Positions 40,700-55,400 of a stretch of DNA of 64,000 nucleotides are shown here, one piece after another. This DNA is from Eledone cirrhosa (Eukaryota), in NCBI GenBank assembly GCA_964016885.1, contig OZ024743.1:365056001-365120000 (forward strand), read 5' to 3'. Within the stretch, counting starts at the first letter, position 1, and the number at the start of each line of letters is the position of its first letter. A program made the translations under genes and the position numbers. The notes below the pieces were generated by a model. That model saw only the letters and a program-made list of their open reading frames with translations, did no database searches and was not told the origin of the DNA.

Positions 40700-43335
40700 G
40701 ATGGTCTGTGTGTGTCTGTGTGTGTCTCTGTGTGTCTCTGTGTGTGTCTGTGTGTGTCTGTGTGTCTGTGTTTGTCTCTCTGTGTCTGTGTGTCTCTGTG
40801 TGTCTGTGTGTGTCTGTGTGCCTCTGTGTGTCTGTGTGTGTCTGTGTGCCTCTGTGTGTGAATGTCTGTCTCTGTGTGTGTCTGTCTCTGTGTGTGTCTG
40901 TGTGTGTCTGTGTGTGTCTGTGTGTCTGTGTGTGTGTCTGTGTGTGTCTGTGTGCCTCTGTGTGTGTCTGTGTGTGTCTGTGTGCCTCTGTGTGTGAATG
41001 TCTGTCTCTGTGTGTGTCTGTCTCTGTGTGTGTCTGTGTGTGTCTGTGTGTGTCTGTGTGTCTGTGTGTGTGTCTGTGTGTGTCTGTGTGCCTCTGTGTG
41101 TCTCTGTGTGTGTCTGTGTGTGTCTGTGTGTCTGTGTTTGTCTCTCTGTGTCTGTGTGTCTCTGTGTGTCTGTGTGTGTCTGTGTGCCTCTGTGTGTCTG
41201 TGTGTGTCTGTGTGCCTCTGTGTGTGAATGTCTGTCTCTGTGTGTGTCTGTCTCTGTGTGTGTCTGTGTGTGTCTGTGTGTGTCTGTGTGTCTGTGTGTG
41301 TGTCTGTGTGTGTCTGTGTGCCTCTGTGTGTGTCTGTGTGTGTCTGTGTGCCTCTGTGTGTGAATGTCTGTCTCTGTGTGTGTCTGTCTCTGTGTGTGTC
41401 TGTGTGTGTCTGTGTGTGTCTGTGTGTCTGTGTGTGTGTCTGTGTGTGTCTGTGTGCCTCTGTGTGTCTCTGTGTGTGTCTGTGTGTGTCTGTGTGTCTG
41501 TGTTTGTCTCTCTGTGTCTGTGTGTCTCTGTGTGTCTGTGTGTGTCTGTGTGCCTCTGTGTGTCTGTGTGTGTCTGTGTGCCTCTGTGTGTGAATGTCTG
41601 TCTCTGTGTGTGTCTGTCTCTGTGTGTGTCTGTGTGTGTCTGTGTGTGTCTGTGTGTCTGTGTGTGTGTCTGTGTGTGTCTGTGTGCCTCTGTGTGTGTC
41701 TGTGTGTGTCTGTGTGCCTCTGTGTGTGAATGTCTGTCTCTGTGTGTGTCTGTCTCTGTGTGTGTCTGTGTGTGTCTGTGTGTGTCTGTGTGTCTGTGTG
41801 TCTCTGTGTGTCTCTGTGTGTGTCTGTGTGTGCATGTGTGTCTCTGTGTGTGTCTGTGTGTCTGTGTTTGTCTCTCTGTGTCTGTGTGTCTCTGTGTCTC
41901 TGTGTGTGTATGTGTGTGTATGTGTGTGTCTATGTGTATCTGTGTGTGTCTGTGTGTGTCTGTGTGTGTCTGTGTGTGTATGTGTGTGTCTGTGTGTGTA
42001 TGTGTGCGTATGTGTGTCTCTGTGTGTCTGTGTGCCTCTGTGTGTCTGTGTGTCTCTGTGTGTGTCTGTGTGTCTCTGTGTGTGTCTGTGTGCCTCTGTG
42101 TGTGTCTGTGTGTGTCTGTGTGCCTCTGTGTGTGAATGTCTGTCTCTGTGTGTGTCTGTCTCTGTGTGTGTCTGTGTGTGTCTGTGTGTGTCTGTGTGTC
42201 TGTGTGTCTCTGTGTGTCTCTGTGTGCCTCTGTGTGTGTCTGTGTGTGTCTGTGTGCCTCTGTGTGTGAATGTCTGTCTCTGTGTGTGTCTGTCTCTGTG
42301 TGTGTCTGTGTGTGTCTGTGTGTGTCTGTGTGTCTGTGTGTCTCTGTGTGTCTCTGTGTGTGTCTGTGTGTGCATGTGTGTCTCTGTGTGTGTCTGTGTG
42401 TCTGTGTTTGTCTCTCTGTGTCTGTGTGTCTCTGTGTCTCTGTGTGTGTATGTGTGTGTATGTGTGTGTCTATGTGTATCTGTGTGTGTCTGTGTGTGTC
42501 TGTGTGTGTCTGTGTGTGTATGTGTGTGTCTGTGTGTGTATGTGTGCGTATGTGTGTCTCTGTGTGTCTGTGTGCCTCTGTGTGTCTGTGTGTCTCTGTG
42601 TGTGTCTGTGTGTGTCTGTGTGTGTCTGTGTGCCTCTGTGTGTGTCTGTGTGTGTCTGTGTGCCTCTGTGTGTGAATGTCTGTCTCTGTGTGTGTCTGTC
42701 TCTGTGTGTGTCTGTGTGTGTCTGTGTGTGTCTGTGTGTCTGTGTGTCTCTGTGTGTCTCTGTGTGTGTCTGTGTGTGCATGTGTGTCTCTGTGTGTGTC
42801 TGTGTGTCTGTGTTTGTCTCTCTGTGTCTGTGTGTCTCTGTGTCTCTGTGTGTGTATGTGTGTGTATGTGTGTGTCTATGTGTATCTGTGTGTGTCTATG
42901 TGTATCTGTGTGTGTCTGTGTGTGTCTGTGTGTGTCTCTGTGTGTATGTGTGTGTCTGTGTGTGTATGTGTGCGTATGTGTGTCTCTGTGTGTCTGTGTG
43001 TCTCTGTGTGTGTCTGTGTGTCTCTGTGTGTGTCTCTCTGTGTCTGTGTGCCTCTGTGTGTCTGTGTGTCTCTGTGTGTGTCTGTGTGCCTCTGTGTGTC
43101 TGTGTGTCTCTGTGTGTGTCTGTGTGCCTCTGTGTGTGTCTGTGTGTGTCTGTGTGCCTCTGTGTGTGAATGTCTGTCTCTGTGTGTGTCTGTCTCTGTG
43201 TGTGTCTGTGTGTGTCTGTGTGTGTCTGTGTGTCTGTGTGTCTCTGTGTGTCTCTGTGTGTGTCTGTGTGTGCATGTGTGTCTCTGTGTGTGTCTCTGTG
43301 TGTCTGTGTGTGTCTGTGTGCCTCTGTGTGTGTCT
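40700..43335. repeat. (GT)n/CT complex repeat with 366-bp and 540-bp superperiods
   Basis: Marker gaatgtctgtctc spaced 136, 230, 136, 230, 136, 406, 134, 406, 494 bp. Confidence 0.9.
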
Positions 43336-43470
43336 TTGCGTATGTGTGTGTGTGGTGTGTATGTGTGTGTGTGGAGTGTATGTGTGTGTGTGGAGTGTAT
43401 GTGTGTGTGTGTGTGTGGTGTTGTTGGATACAAAAACGTTGTTTTAAGAATGTTGCATATGTAGGGAGAA

Positions 43471-46400
43471 GTACCACACATTTACACGTCACCATCAGAT
43501 ATGGTGAAATGGAGGCTGGAGTGGACGGTGCAGTGTACCACACATTTACACGTCACCATCAGATATGGTGAAATGGAGGCTGGAGTGGACGGTGCAGTGT
43601 ACCACACATTTACACGTCACCATCAGATATGGTGAAATGGAGGCTGGAGTGGACGGTGCAGTGTACCACACATTTACACGTCACCATCAGATATGGTGAA
43701 ATGGAGGCTGGAGTGGACGGTGCAGTGTACCACACATTTACACGTCACCATCAGATATGGTGAAATGGAGGCTGGAGTGGACGGTGCAGTGTACCACACA
43801 TTTACAGGTCACCATCAGATATGGTGAAATGGAGGCTGGAGTGGACGGTGCAGTGTACCACACATTTACACGTCACCATCAGATATGGTGAAATGGAGGC
43901 TGGAGTGGACGGTGCAGTGTACCACACATTTACAGGTCACCATCAGATATGGTGAAATGGAGGCTGGAGTGGACGGTGCAGTGTACCACACATTTACACG
44001 TCACCATCAGATATGGTGAAATGGAGGCTGGAGTGGACGGTGCAGTGTACCACACATTTACACGTCACCATCAGATATGGTGAAATGGAGGCTGGAGTGG
44101 ACGGTGCAGTGTACCACACATTTACACGTCACCATCAGATATGGTGAAATGGAGGCTGGAGTGGACGGTGCAGTGTACCACACATTTACAGGTCACCATC
44201 AGATATGGTGAAATGGAGGCTGGAGTGGACGGTGCAGTGTACCACACATTTACACGTCACCATCAGATATGGTGAAATGGAGGCTGGAGTGGACGGTGCA
44301 GTGTACCACACATTTACAGGTCACCATCAGATATGGTGAAATGGAGGCTGGAGTGGACGGTGCAGTGTACCACACATTTACACGTCACCATCAGATATGG
44401 TGAAATGGAGGCTGGAGTGGACGGTGCAGTGTACCACACATTTACAGGTCACCATCAGATATGGTGAAATGGAGGCTGGAGTGGACGGTGCAGTGTACCA
44501 CACATTTACAGGTCACCATCAGATATGGTGAAATGGAGGCTGGAGTGGACGGTGCAGTGTACCACACATTTACACGTCACCATCAGATATGGTGAAATGG
44601 AGGCTGGAGTGGACGGTGCAGTGTACCACACATTTACAGGTCACCATCAGATATGGTGAAATGGAGGCTGGAGTGGACGGTGCAGTGTACCACACATTTA
44701 CACGTCACCATCAGATATGGTGAAATGGAGGCTGGAGTGGACGGTGCAGTGTACCACACATTTACACGTCACCATCAGATATGGTGAAATGGAGGCTGGA
44801 GTGGACGGTGCAGTGTACCACACATTTACAGGTCACCATCAGATATGGTGAAATGGAGGCTGGAGTGGACGGTGCAGTGTACCACACATTTACACGTCAC
44901 CATCAGATATGGTGAAATGGAGGCTGGAGTGGACGGTGCAGTGTACCACACATTTACAGGTCACCATCAGATATGGTGAAATGGAGGCTGGAGTGGACGG
45001 TGCAGTGTACCACACATTTACACGTCACCATCAGATATGGTGAAATGGAGGCTGGAGTGGACGGTGCAGTGTACCACACATTTACAGGTCACCATCAGAT
45101 ATGGTGAAATGGAGGCTGGAGTGGACGGTGCAGTGTACCACACATTTACACGTCACCATCAGATATGGTGAAATGGAGGCTGGAGTGGACGGTGCAGTGT
45201 ACCACACATTTACACGTCACCATCAGATATGGTGAAATGGAGGCTGGAGTGGACGGTGCAGTGTACCACACATTTACACGTCACCATCAGATATGGTGAA
45301 ATGGAGGCTGGAGTGGACGGTGCAGTGTACCACACATTTACACGTCACCATCAGATATGGTGAAATGGAGGCTGGAGTGGACGGTGCAGTGTACCACACA
45401 TTTACAGGTCACCATCAGATATGGTGAAATGGAGGCTGGAGTGGACGGTGCAGTGTACCACACATTTACACGTCACCATCAGATATGGTGAAATGGAGGC
45501 TGGAGTGGACGGTGCAGTGTACCACACATTTACAGGTCACCATCAGATATGGTGAAATGGAGGCTGGAGTGGACGGTGCAGTGTACCACACATTTACACG
45601 TCACCATCAGATATGGTGAAATGGAGGCTGGAGTGGACGGTGCAGTGTACCACACATTTACAGGTCACCATCAGATATGGTGAAATGGAGGCTGGAGTGG
45701 ACGGTGCAGTGTACCACACATTTACAGGTCACCATCAGATATGGTGAAATGGAGGCTGGAGTGGACGGTGCAGTGTACCACACATTTACACGTCACCATC
45801 AGATATGGTGAAATGGAGGCTGGAGTGGACGGTGCAGTGTACCACACATTTACAGGTCACCATCAGATATGGTGAAATGGAGGCTGGAGTGGACGGTGCA
45901 GTGTACCACACATTTACACGTCACCATCAGATATGGTGAAATGGAGGCTGGAGTGGACGGTGCAGTGTACCACACATTTACACGTCACCATCAGATATGG
46001 TGAAATGGAGGCTGGAGTGGACGGTGCAGTGTACCACACATTTACAGGTCACCATCAGATATGGTGAAATGGAGGCTGGAGTGGACGGTGCAGTGTACCA
46101 CACATTTACACGTCACCATCAGATATGGTGAAATGGAGGCTGGAGTGGACGGTGCAGTGTACCACACATTTACAGGTCACCATCAGATATGGTGAAATGG
46201 AGGCTGGAGTGGACGGTGCAGTGTACCACACATTTACACGTCACCATCAGATATGGTGAAATGGAGGCTGGAGTGGACGGTGCAGTGTACCACACATTTA
46301 CAGGTCACCATCAGATATGGTGAAATGGAGGCTGGAGTGGACGGTGCAGTGTACCACACATTTACACGTCACCATCAGATATGGTGAAATGGAGGCTGGA

Positions 46401-49400
46401 GTGGACGGTGCAGTGTACCACACATTTACACGTCACCATCAGATATGGTGAAATGGAGGCTGGAGTGGACGGTGCAGTGTACCACACATTTACACGTCAC
46501 CATCAGATATGGTGAAATGGAGGCTGGAGTGGACGGTGCAGTGTACCACACATTTACACGTCACCATCAAGATATGGTGAAATGGAGGCTGGAGTGGACG
46601 GTGCAGTGTACCACACATTTACACGTCACCATCAGATATGGTGAAATGGAGGCTGGAGTGGACGGTGCAGTGTACCACACATTTACACGTCACCATCAGA
46701 TATGGTGAAATGGAGGCTGGAGTGGACGGTGCAGTGTACCACACATTTACACGTCACCATCAGATATGGTGAAATGGAGGCTGGAGTGGACGGTGCAGTG
46801 TACCACACATTTACACGTCACCATCAGATATGGTGAAATGGAGGCTGGAGTGGACGGTGCAGTGTACCACACATTTACACGTCACCATCAGATATGGTGA
46901 AATGGAGGCTGGAGTGGACGGTGCAGTGTACCACACATTTACACGTCACCATCAGATATGGTGAAATGGAGGCTGGAGTGGACGGTGCAGTGTACCACAC
47001 ATTTACACGTCACCATCAGATATGGTGAAATGGAGGCTGGAGTGGACGGTGCAGTGTACCACACATTTACACGTCACCATCAGATATGGTGAAATGGAGG
47101 CTGGAGTGGACGGTGCAGTGTACCACACATTTACACGTCACCATCAGATATGGTGAAATGGAGGCTGGAGTGGACGGTGCAGTGTACCACACATTTACAC
47201 GTCACCATCAGATATGGTGAAATGGAGGCTGGAGTGGACGGTGCAGTGTACCACACATTTACACGTCACCATCAGATATGGTGAAATGGAGGCTGGAGTG
47301 GACGGTGCAGTGTACCACACATTTACACGTCACCATCAGATATGGTGAAATGGAGGCTGGAGTGGACGGTGCAGTGTACCACACATTTACACGTCACCAT
47401 CAGATATGGTGAAATGGAGGCTGGAGTGGACGGTGCAGTGTACCACACATTTACACGTCACCATCAGATATGGTGAAATGGAGGCTGGAGTGGACGGTGC
47501 AGTGTACCACACATTTACACGTCACCATCAGATATGGTGAAATGGAGGCTGGAGTGGACGGTGCAGTGTACCACACATTTACACGTCACCATCAGATATG
47601 GTGAAATGGAGGCTGGAGTGGACGGTGCAGTGTACCACACATTTACACGTCACCATCAGATATGGTGAAATGGAGGCTGGAGTGGACGGTGCAGTGTACC
47701 ACACATTTACACGTCACCATCAGATATGGTGAAATGGAGGCTGGAGTGGACGGTGCAGTGTACCACACATTTACACGTCACCATCAGATATGGTGAAATG
47801 GAGGCTGGAGTGGACGGTGCAGTGTACCACACATTTACACGTCACCATCAGATATGGTGAAATGGAGGCTGGAGTGGACGGTGCAGTGTACCACACATTT
47901 ACACGTCACCATCAGATATGGTGAAATGGAGGCTGGAGTGGACGGTGCAGTGTACCACACATTTACACGTCACCATCAGATATGGTGAAATGGAGGCTGG
48001 AGTGGACGGTGCAGTGTACCACACATTTACACGTCACCATCAGATATGGTGAAATGGAGGCTGGAGTGGACGGTGCAGTGTACCACACATTTACACGTCA
48101 CCATCAGATATGGTGAAATGGAGGCTGGAGTGGACGGTGCAGTGTACCACACATTTACACGTCACCATCAGATATGGTGAAATGGAGGCTGGAGTGGACG
48201 GTGCAGTGTACCACACATTTACACGTCACCATCAGATATGGTGAAATGGAGGCTGGAGTGGACGGTGCAGTGTACCACACATTTACACGTCACCATCAGA
48301 TATGGTGAAATGGAGGCTGGAGTGGACGGTGCAGTGTACCACACATTTACACGTCACCATCAGATATGGTGAAATGGAGGCTGGAGTGGACGGTGCAGTG
48401 TACCACACATTTACACGTCACCATCAGATATGGTGAAATGGAGGCTGGAGTGGACGGTGCAGTGTACCACACATTTACACGTCACCATCAGATATGGTGA
48501 AATGGAGGCTGGAGTGGACGGTGCAGTGTACCACACATTTACACGTCACCATCAGATATGGTGAAATGGAGGCTGGAGTGGACGGTGCAGTGTACCACAC
48601 ATTTACACGTCACCATCAGATATGGTGAAATGGAGGCTGGAGTGGACGGTGCAGTGTACCACACATTTACACGTCACCATCAGATATGGTGAAATGGAGG
48701 CTGGAGTGGACGGTGCAGTGTACCACACATTTACACGTCACCATCAGATATGGTGAAATGGAGGCTGGAGTGGACGGTGCAGTGTACCACACATTTACAC
48801 GTCACCATCAGATATGGTGAAATGGAGGCTGGAGTGGACGGTGCAGTGTACCACACATTTACACGTCACCATCAGATATGGTGAAATGGAGGCTGGAGTG
48901 GACGGTGCAGTGTACCACACATTTACACGTCACCATCAGATATGGTGAAATGGAGGCTGGAGTGGACGGTGCAGTGTACCACACATTTACACGTCACCAT
49001 CAGATATGGTGAAATGGAGGCTGGAGTGGACGGTGCAGTGTACCACACATTTACACGTCACCATCAGATATGGTGAAATGGAGGCTGGAGTGGACGGTGC
49101 AGTGTACCACACATTTACACGTCACCATCAGATATGGTGAAATGGAGGCTGGAGTGGACGGTGCAGTGTACCACACATTTACACGTCACCATCAGATATG
49201 GTGAAATGGAGGCTGGAGTGGACGGTGCAGTGTACCACACATTTACACGTCACCATCAGATATGGTGAAATGGAGGCTGGAGTGGACGGTGCAGTGTACC
49301 ACACATTTACACGTCACCATCAGATATGGTGAAATGGAGGCTGGAGTGGACGGTGCAGTGTACCACACATTTACACGTCACCATCAGATATGGTGAAATG

Positions 49401-52400
49401 GAGGCTGGAGTGGACGGTGCAGTGTACCACACATTTACACGTCACCATCAGATATGGTGAAATGGAGGCTGGAGTGGACGGTGCAGTGTACCACACATTT
49501 ACACGTCACCATCAGATATGGTGAAATGGAGGCTGGAGTGGACGGTGCAGTGTACCACACATTTACACGTCACCATCAGATATGGTGAAATGGAGGCTGG
49601 AGTGGACGGTGCAGTGTACCACACATTTACACGTCACCATCAGATATGGTGAAATGGAGGCTGGAGTGGACGGTGCAGTGTACCACACATTTACACGTCA
49701 CCATCAGATATGGTGAAATGGAGGCTGGAGTGGACGGTGCAGTGTACCACACATTTACACGTCACCATCAGATATGGTGAAATGGAGGCTGGAGTGGACG
49801 GTGCAGTGTACCACACATTTACACGTCACCATCAGATATGGTGAAATGGAGGCTGGAGTGGACGGTGCAGTGTACCACACATTTACACGTCACCATCAGA
49901 TATGGTGAAATGGAGGCTGGAGTGGACGGTGCAGTGTACCACACATTTACACGTCACCATCAGATATGGTGAAATGGAGGCTGGAGTGGACGGTGCAGTG
50001 TACCACACATTTACACGTCACCATCAGATATGGTGAAATGGAGGCTGGAGTGGACGGTGCAGTGTACCACACATTTACACGGTCACCATCAGATATGGTG
50101 AAATGGAGGCTGGAGTGGACGGTGCAGTGTACCACACATTTACAGCGTCACCATCAGATATGGTGAAATGGAGGCTGGAGTGGACGGTGCAGTGTACCAC
50201 ACATTTACACGTCACCATCAGATATGGTGAAATGGAGGCTGGAGTGGACGGTGCAGTGTACCACACATTTACAGGTCACCATCAGATATGGTGAAATGGA
50301 GGCTGGAGTGGACGGTGCAGTGTACCACACATTTACACGTCACCATCAGATATGGTGAAATGGAGGCTGGAGTGGACGGTGCAGTGTACCACACATTTAC
50401 ACGTCACCATCAGATATGGTGAAATGGAGGCTGGAGTGGACGGTGCAGTGTACCACACATTTACACGTCACCATCAGATATGGTGAAATGGAGGCTGGAG
50501 TGGACGGTGCAGTGTACCACACATTTACACGTCACCATCAGATATGGTGAAATGGAGGCTGGAGTGGACGGTGCAGTGTACCACACATTTACAGGTCACC
50601 ATCAGATATGGTGAAATGGAGGCTGGAGTGGACGGTGCAGTGTACCACACATTTACACGTCACCATCAGATATGGTGAAATGGAGGCTGGAGTGGACGGT
50701 GCAGTGTACCACACATTTACACGTCACCATCAGATATGGTGAAATGGAGGCTGGAGTGGACGGTGCAGTGTACCACACATTTACACGTCACCATCAGATA
50801 TGGTGAAATGGAGGCTGGAGTGGACGGTGCAGTGTACCACACATTTACACGTCACCATCAGATATGGTGAAATGGAGGCTGGAGTGGACGGTGCAGTGTA
50901 CCACACATTTACACGTCACCATCAGATATGGTGAAATGGAGGCTGGAGTGGACGGTGCAGTGTACCACACATTTACACGTCACCATCAGATATGGTGAAA
51001 TGGAGGCTGGAGTGGACGGTGCAGTGTACCACACATTTACACGTCACCATCAGATATGGTGAAATGGAGGCTGGAGTGGACGGTGCAGTGTACCACACAT
51101 TTACACGTCACCATCAGATATGGTGAAATGGAGGCTGGAGTGGACGGTGCAGTGTACCACACATTTACACGTCACCATCAGATATGGTGAAATGGAGGCT
51201 GGAGTGGACGGTGCAGTGTACCACACATTTACACGTCACCATCAGATATGGTGAAATGGAGGCTGGAGTGGACGGTGCAGTGTACCACACATTTACACGT
51301 CACCATCAGATATGGTGAAATGGAGGCTGGAGTGGACGGTGCAGTGTACCACACATTTACACGTCACCATCAGATATGGTGAAATGGAGGCTGGAGTGGA
51401 CGGTGCAGTGTACCACACATTTACACGTCACCATCAGATATGGTGAAATGGAGGCTGGAGTGGACGGTGCAGTGTACCACACATTTACACGTCACCATCA
51501 GATATGGTGAAATGGAGGCTGGAGTGGACGGTGCAGTGTACCACACATTTACACGTCACCATCAGATATGGTGAAATGGAGGCTGGAGTGGACGGTGCAG
51601 TGTACCACACATTTACAGGTCACCATCAGATATGGTGAAATGGAGGCTGGAGTGGACGGTGCAGTGTACCACACATTTACAGCGTCACCATCAGATATGG
51701 TGAAATGGAGGCTGGAGTGGACGGTGCAGTGTACCACACATTTACAGGTCACCATCAGATATGGTGAAATGGAGGCTGGAGTGGACGGTGCAGTGTACCA
51801 CACATTTACACGTCACCATCAGATATGGTGAAATGGAGGCTGGAGTGGACGGTGCAGTGTACCACACATTTACAGGTCACCATCAGATATGGTGAAATGG
51901 AGGCTGGAGTGGACGGTGCAGTGTACCACACATTTACACGTCACCATCAGATATGGTGAAATGGAGGCTGGAGTGGACGGTGCAGTGTACCACACATTTA
52001 CAGGTCACCATCAGATATGGTGAAATGGAGGCTGGAGTGGACGGTGCAGTGTACCACACATTTACACGTCACCATCAGATATGGTGAAATGGAGGCTGGA
52101 GTGGACGGTGCAGTGTACCACACATTTACAGGTCACCATCAGATATGGTGAAATGGAGGCTGGAGTGGACGGTGCAGTGTACCACACATTTACACGTCAC
52201 CATCAGATATGGTGAAATGGAGGCTGGAGTGGACGGTGCAGTGTACCACACATTTACACGTCACCATCAGATATGGTGAAATGGAGGCTGGAGTGGACGG
52301 TGCAGTGTACCACACATTTACACGTCACCATCAGATATGGTGAAATGGAGGCTGGAGTGGACGGTGCAGTGTACCACACATTTACACGTCACCATCAGAT

Positions 52401-55400
52401 ATGGTGAAATGGAGGCTGGAGTGGACGGTGCAGTGTACCACACATTTACACGTCACCATCAGATATGGTGAAATGGAGGCTGGAGTGGACGGTGCAGTGT
52501 ACCACACATTTACACGTCACCATCAGATATGGTGAAAAAATGGTGAAATGGAGGCTGGAGTGGACGGTGCAGTGTACCACACATTTACACGTCACCATCA
52601 GATATGGTGAAATGGAGGCTGGAGTGGACGGTGCAGTGTACCACACATTTACACGTCACCATCAGATATGGTGAAATGGAGGCTGGAGTGGACGGTGCAG
52701 TGTACCACACATTTACACGTCACCATCAGATATGGTGAAATGGAGGCTGGAGTGGACGGTGCAGTGTACCACACATTTACACGTCACCATCAGATATGGT
52801 GAAATGGAGGCTGGAGTGGACGGTGCAGTGTACCACACATTTACACGTCACCATCAGATATGGTGAAATGGAGGCTGGAGTGGACGGTGCAGTGTACCAC
52901 ACATTTACACGTCACCATCAGATATGGTGAAATGGAGGCTGGAGTGGACGGTGCAGTGTACCACACATTTACACGTCACCATCAGATATGGTGAAATGGA
53001 GGCTGGAGTGGACGGTGCAGTGTACCACACATTTACACGTCACCATCAGATATGGTGAAATGGAGGCTGGAGTGGACGGTGCAGTGTACCACACATTTAC
53101 ACGTCACCATCAGATATGGTGAAATGGAGGCTGGAGTGGACGGTGCAGTGTACCACACATTTACACGTCACCATCAGATATGGTGAAATGGAGGCTGGAG
53201 TGGACGGTGCAGTGTACCACACATTTACACGTCACCATCAGATATGGTGAAATGGAGGCTGGAGTGGACGGTGCAGTGTACCACACATTTACACGTCACC
53301 ATCAGATATGGTGAAATGGAGGCTGGAGTGGACGGTGCAGTGTACCACACATTTACACGTCACCATCAGATATGGTGAAATGGAGGCTGGAGTGGACGGT
53401 GCAGTGTACCACACATTTACACGTCACCATCAGATATGGTGAAATGGAGGCTGGAGTGGACGGTGCAATTTACACGTCACCATCAGATATGGTGAAATGG
53501 AGGCTGGAGTGGACGGTGCAGTGTACCACACATTTACACGTCACCATCAGATATGGTGAAATGGAGGCTGGAGTGGACGGTGCAGTGTACCACACATTTA
53601 CACGTCACCATCAGATATGGTGAAATGGAGGCTGGAGTGGACGGTGCAGTGTACCACACATTTACACGTCACCATCAGATATGGTGAAATGGAGGCTGGA
53701 GTGGACGGTGCAGTGTACCACACATTTACACGTCACCATCAGATATGGTGAAATGGAGGCTGGAGTGGACGGTGCAGTGTACCACACATTTACACGTCAC
53801 CATCAGATATGGTGAAATGGAGGCTGGAGTGGACGGTGCAGTGTACCACACATTTACACGTCACCATCAGATATGGTGAAATGGAGGCTGGAGTGGACGG
53901 TGCAGTGTACCACACATTTACACGTCACCATCAGATATGGTGAAATGGAGGCTGGAGTGGACGGTGCAGTGTACCACACATTTACACGTCACCATCAGAT
54001 ATGGTGAAATGGAGGCTGGAGTGGACGGTGCAGTGTACCACACATTTACACGTCACCATCAGATATGGTGAAATGGAGGCTGGAGTGGACGGTGCAGTGT
54101 ACCACACATTTACACGTCACCATCAGATATGGTGAAATGGAGGCTGGAGTGGACGGTGCAGTGTACCACACATTTACACGTCACCATCAGATATGGTGAA
54201 ATGGAGGCTGGAGTGGACGGTGCAGTGTACCACACATTTACACGTCACCATCAGATATGGTGAAATGGAGGCTGGAGTGGACGGTGCAGTGTACCACACA
54301 TTTACACGTCACCATCAGATATGGTGAAATGGAGGCTGGAGTGGACGGTGCAGTGTACCACACATTTACACGTCACCATCAGATATGGTGAAATGGAGGC
54401 TGGAGTGGACGGTGCAGTGTACCACACATTTACACGTCACCATCAGATATGGTGAAATGGAGGCTGGAGTGGACGGTGCAGTGTACCACACATTTACACG
54501 TCACCATCAGATATGGTGAAATGGAGGCTGGAGTGGACGGTGCAGTGTACCACACATTTACACGTCACCATCAGATATGGTGAAATGCAGGCTGGAGTGG
54601 ACGGTGCAGTGTACCACACATTTACACGTCACCATCAGATATGGTGAAATGCAGGCTGGAGTGGACGGTGCAGTGTACCACACATTTACACGTCACCATC
54701 AGATATGGTGAAATGGAGGCTGGAGTGGACGGTGCAGTGTACCACACATTTACACGTCACCATCAGATATGGTGAAATGGAGGCTGGAGTGGACGGTGCA
54801 GTGTACCACACATTTACACGTCACCATCAGATATGGTGAAATGGAGGCTGGAGTGGACGGTGCAGTGTACCACACATTTACACGTCACCATCAGATATGG
54901 TGAAATGGAGGCTGGAGTGGACGGTGCAGTGTACCACACATTTACACGTCACCATCAGATATGGTGAAATGGAGGCTGGAGTGGACGGTGCAGTGTACCA
55001 CACATTTACACGTCACCATCAGATATGGTGAAATGGAGGCTGGAGTGGACGGTGCAGTGTACCACACATTTACACGTCACCATCAGATATGGTGAAATGG
55101 AGGCTGGAGTGGACGGTGCAGTGTACCACACATTTACACGTCACCATCAGATATGGTGAAATGGAGGCTGGAGTGGACGGTGCAGTGTACCACACATTTA
55201 CACGTCACCATCAGATATGGTGAAATGGAGGCTGGAGTGGACGGTGCAGTGTACCACACATTTACACGTCACCATCAGATATGGTGAAATGGAGGCTGGA
55301 GTGGACGGTGCAGTGTACCACACATTTACACGTCACCATCAGATATGGTGAAATGGAGGCTGGAGTGGACGGTGCAGTGTACCACACATTTACACGTCAC

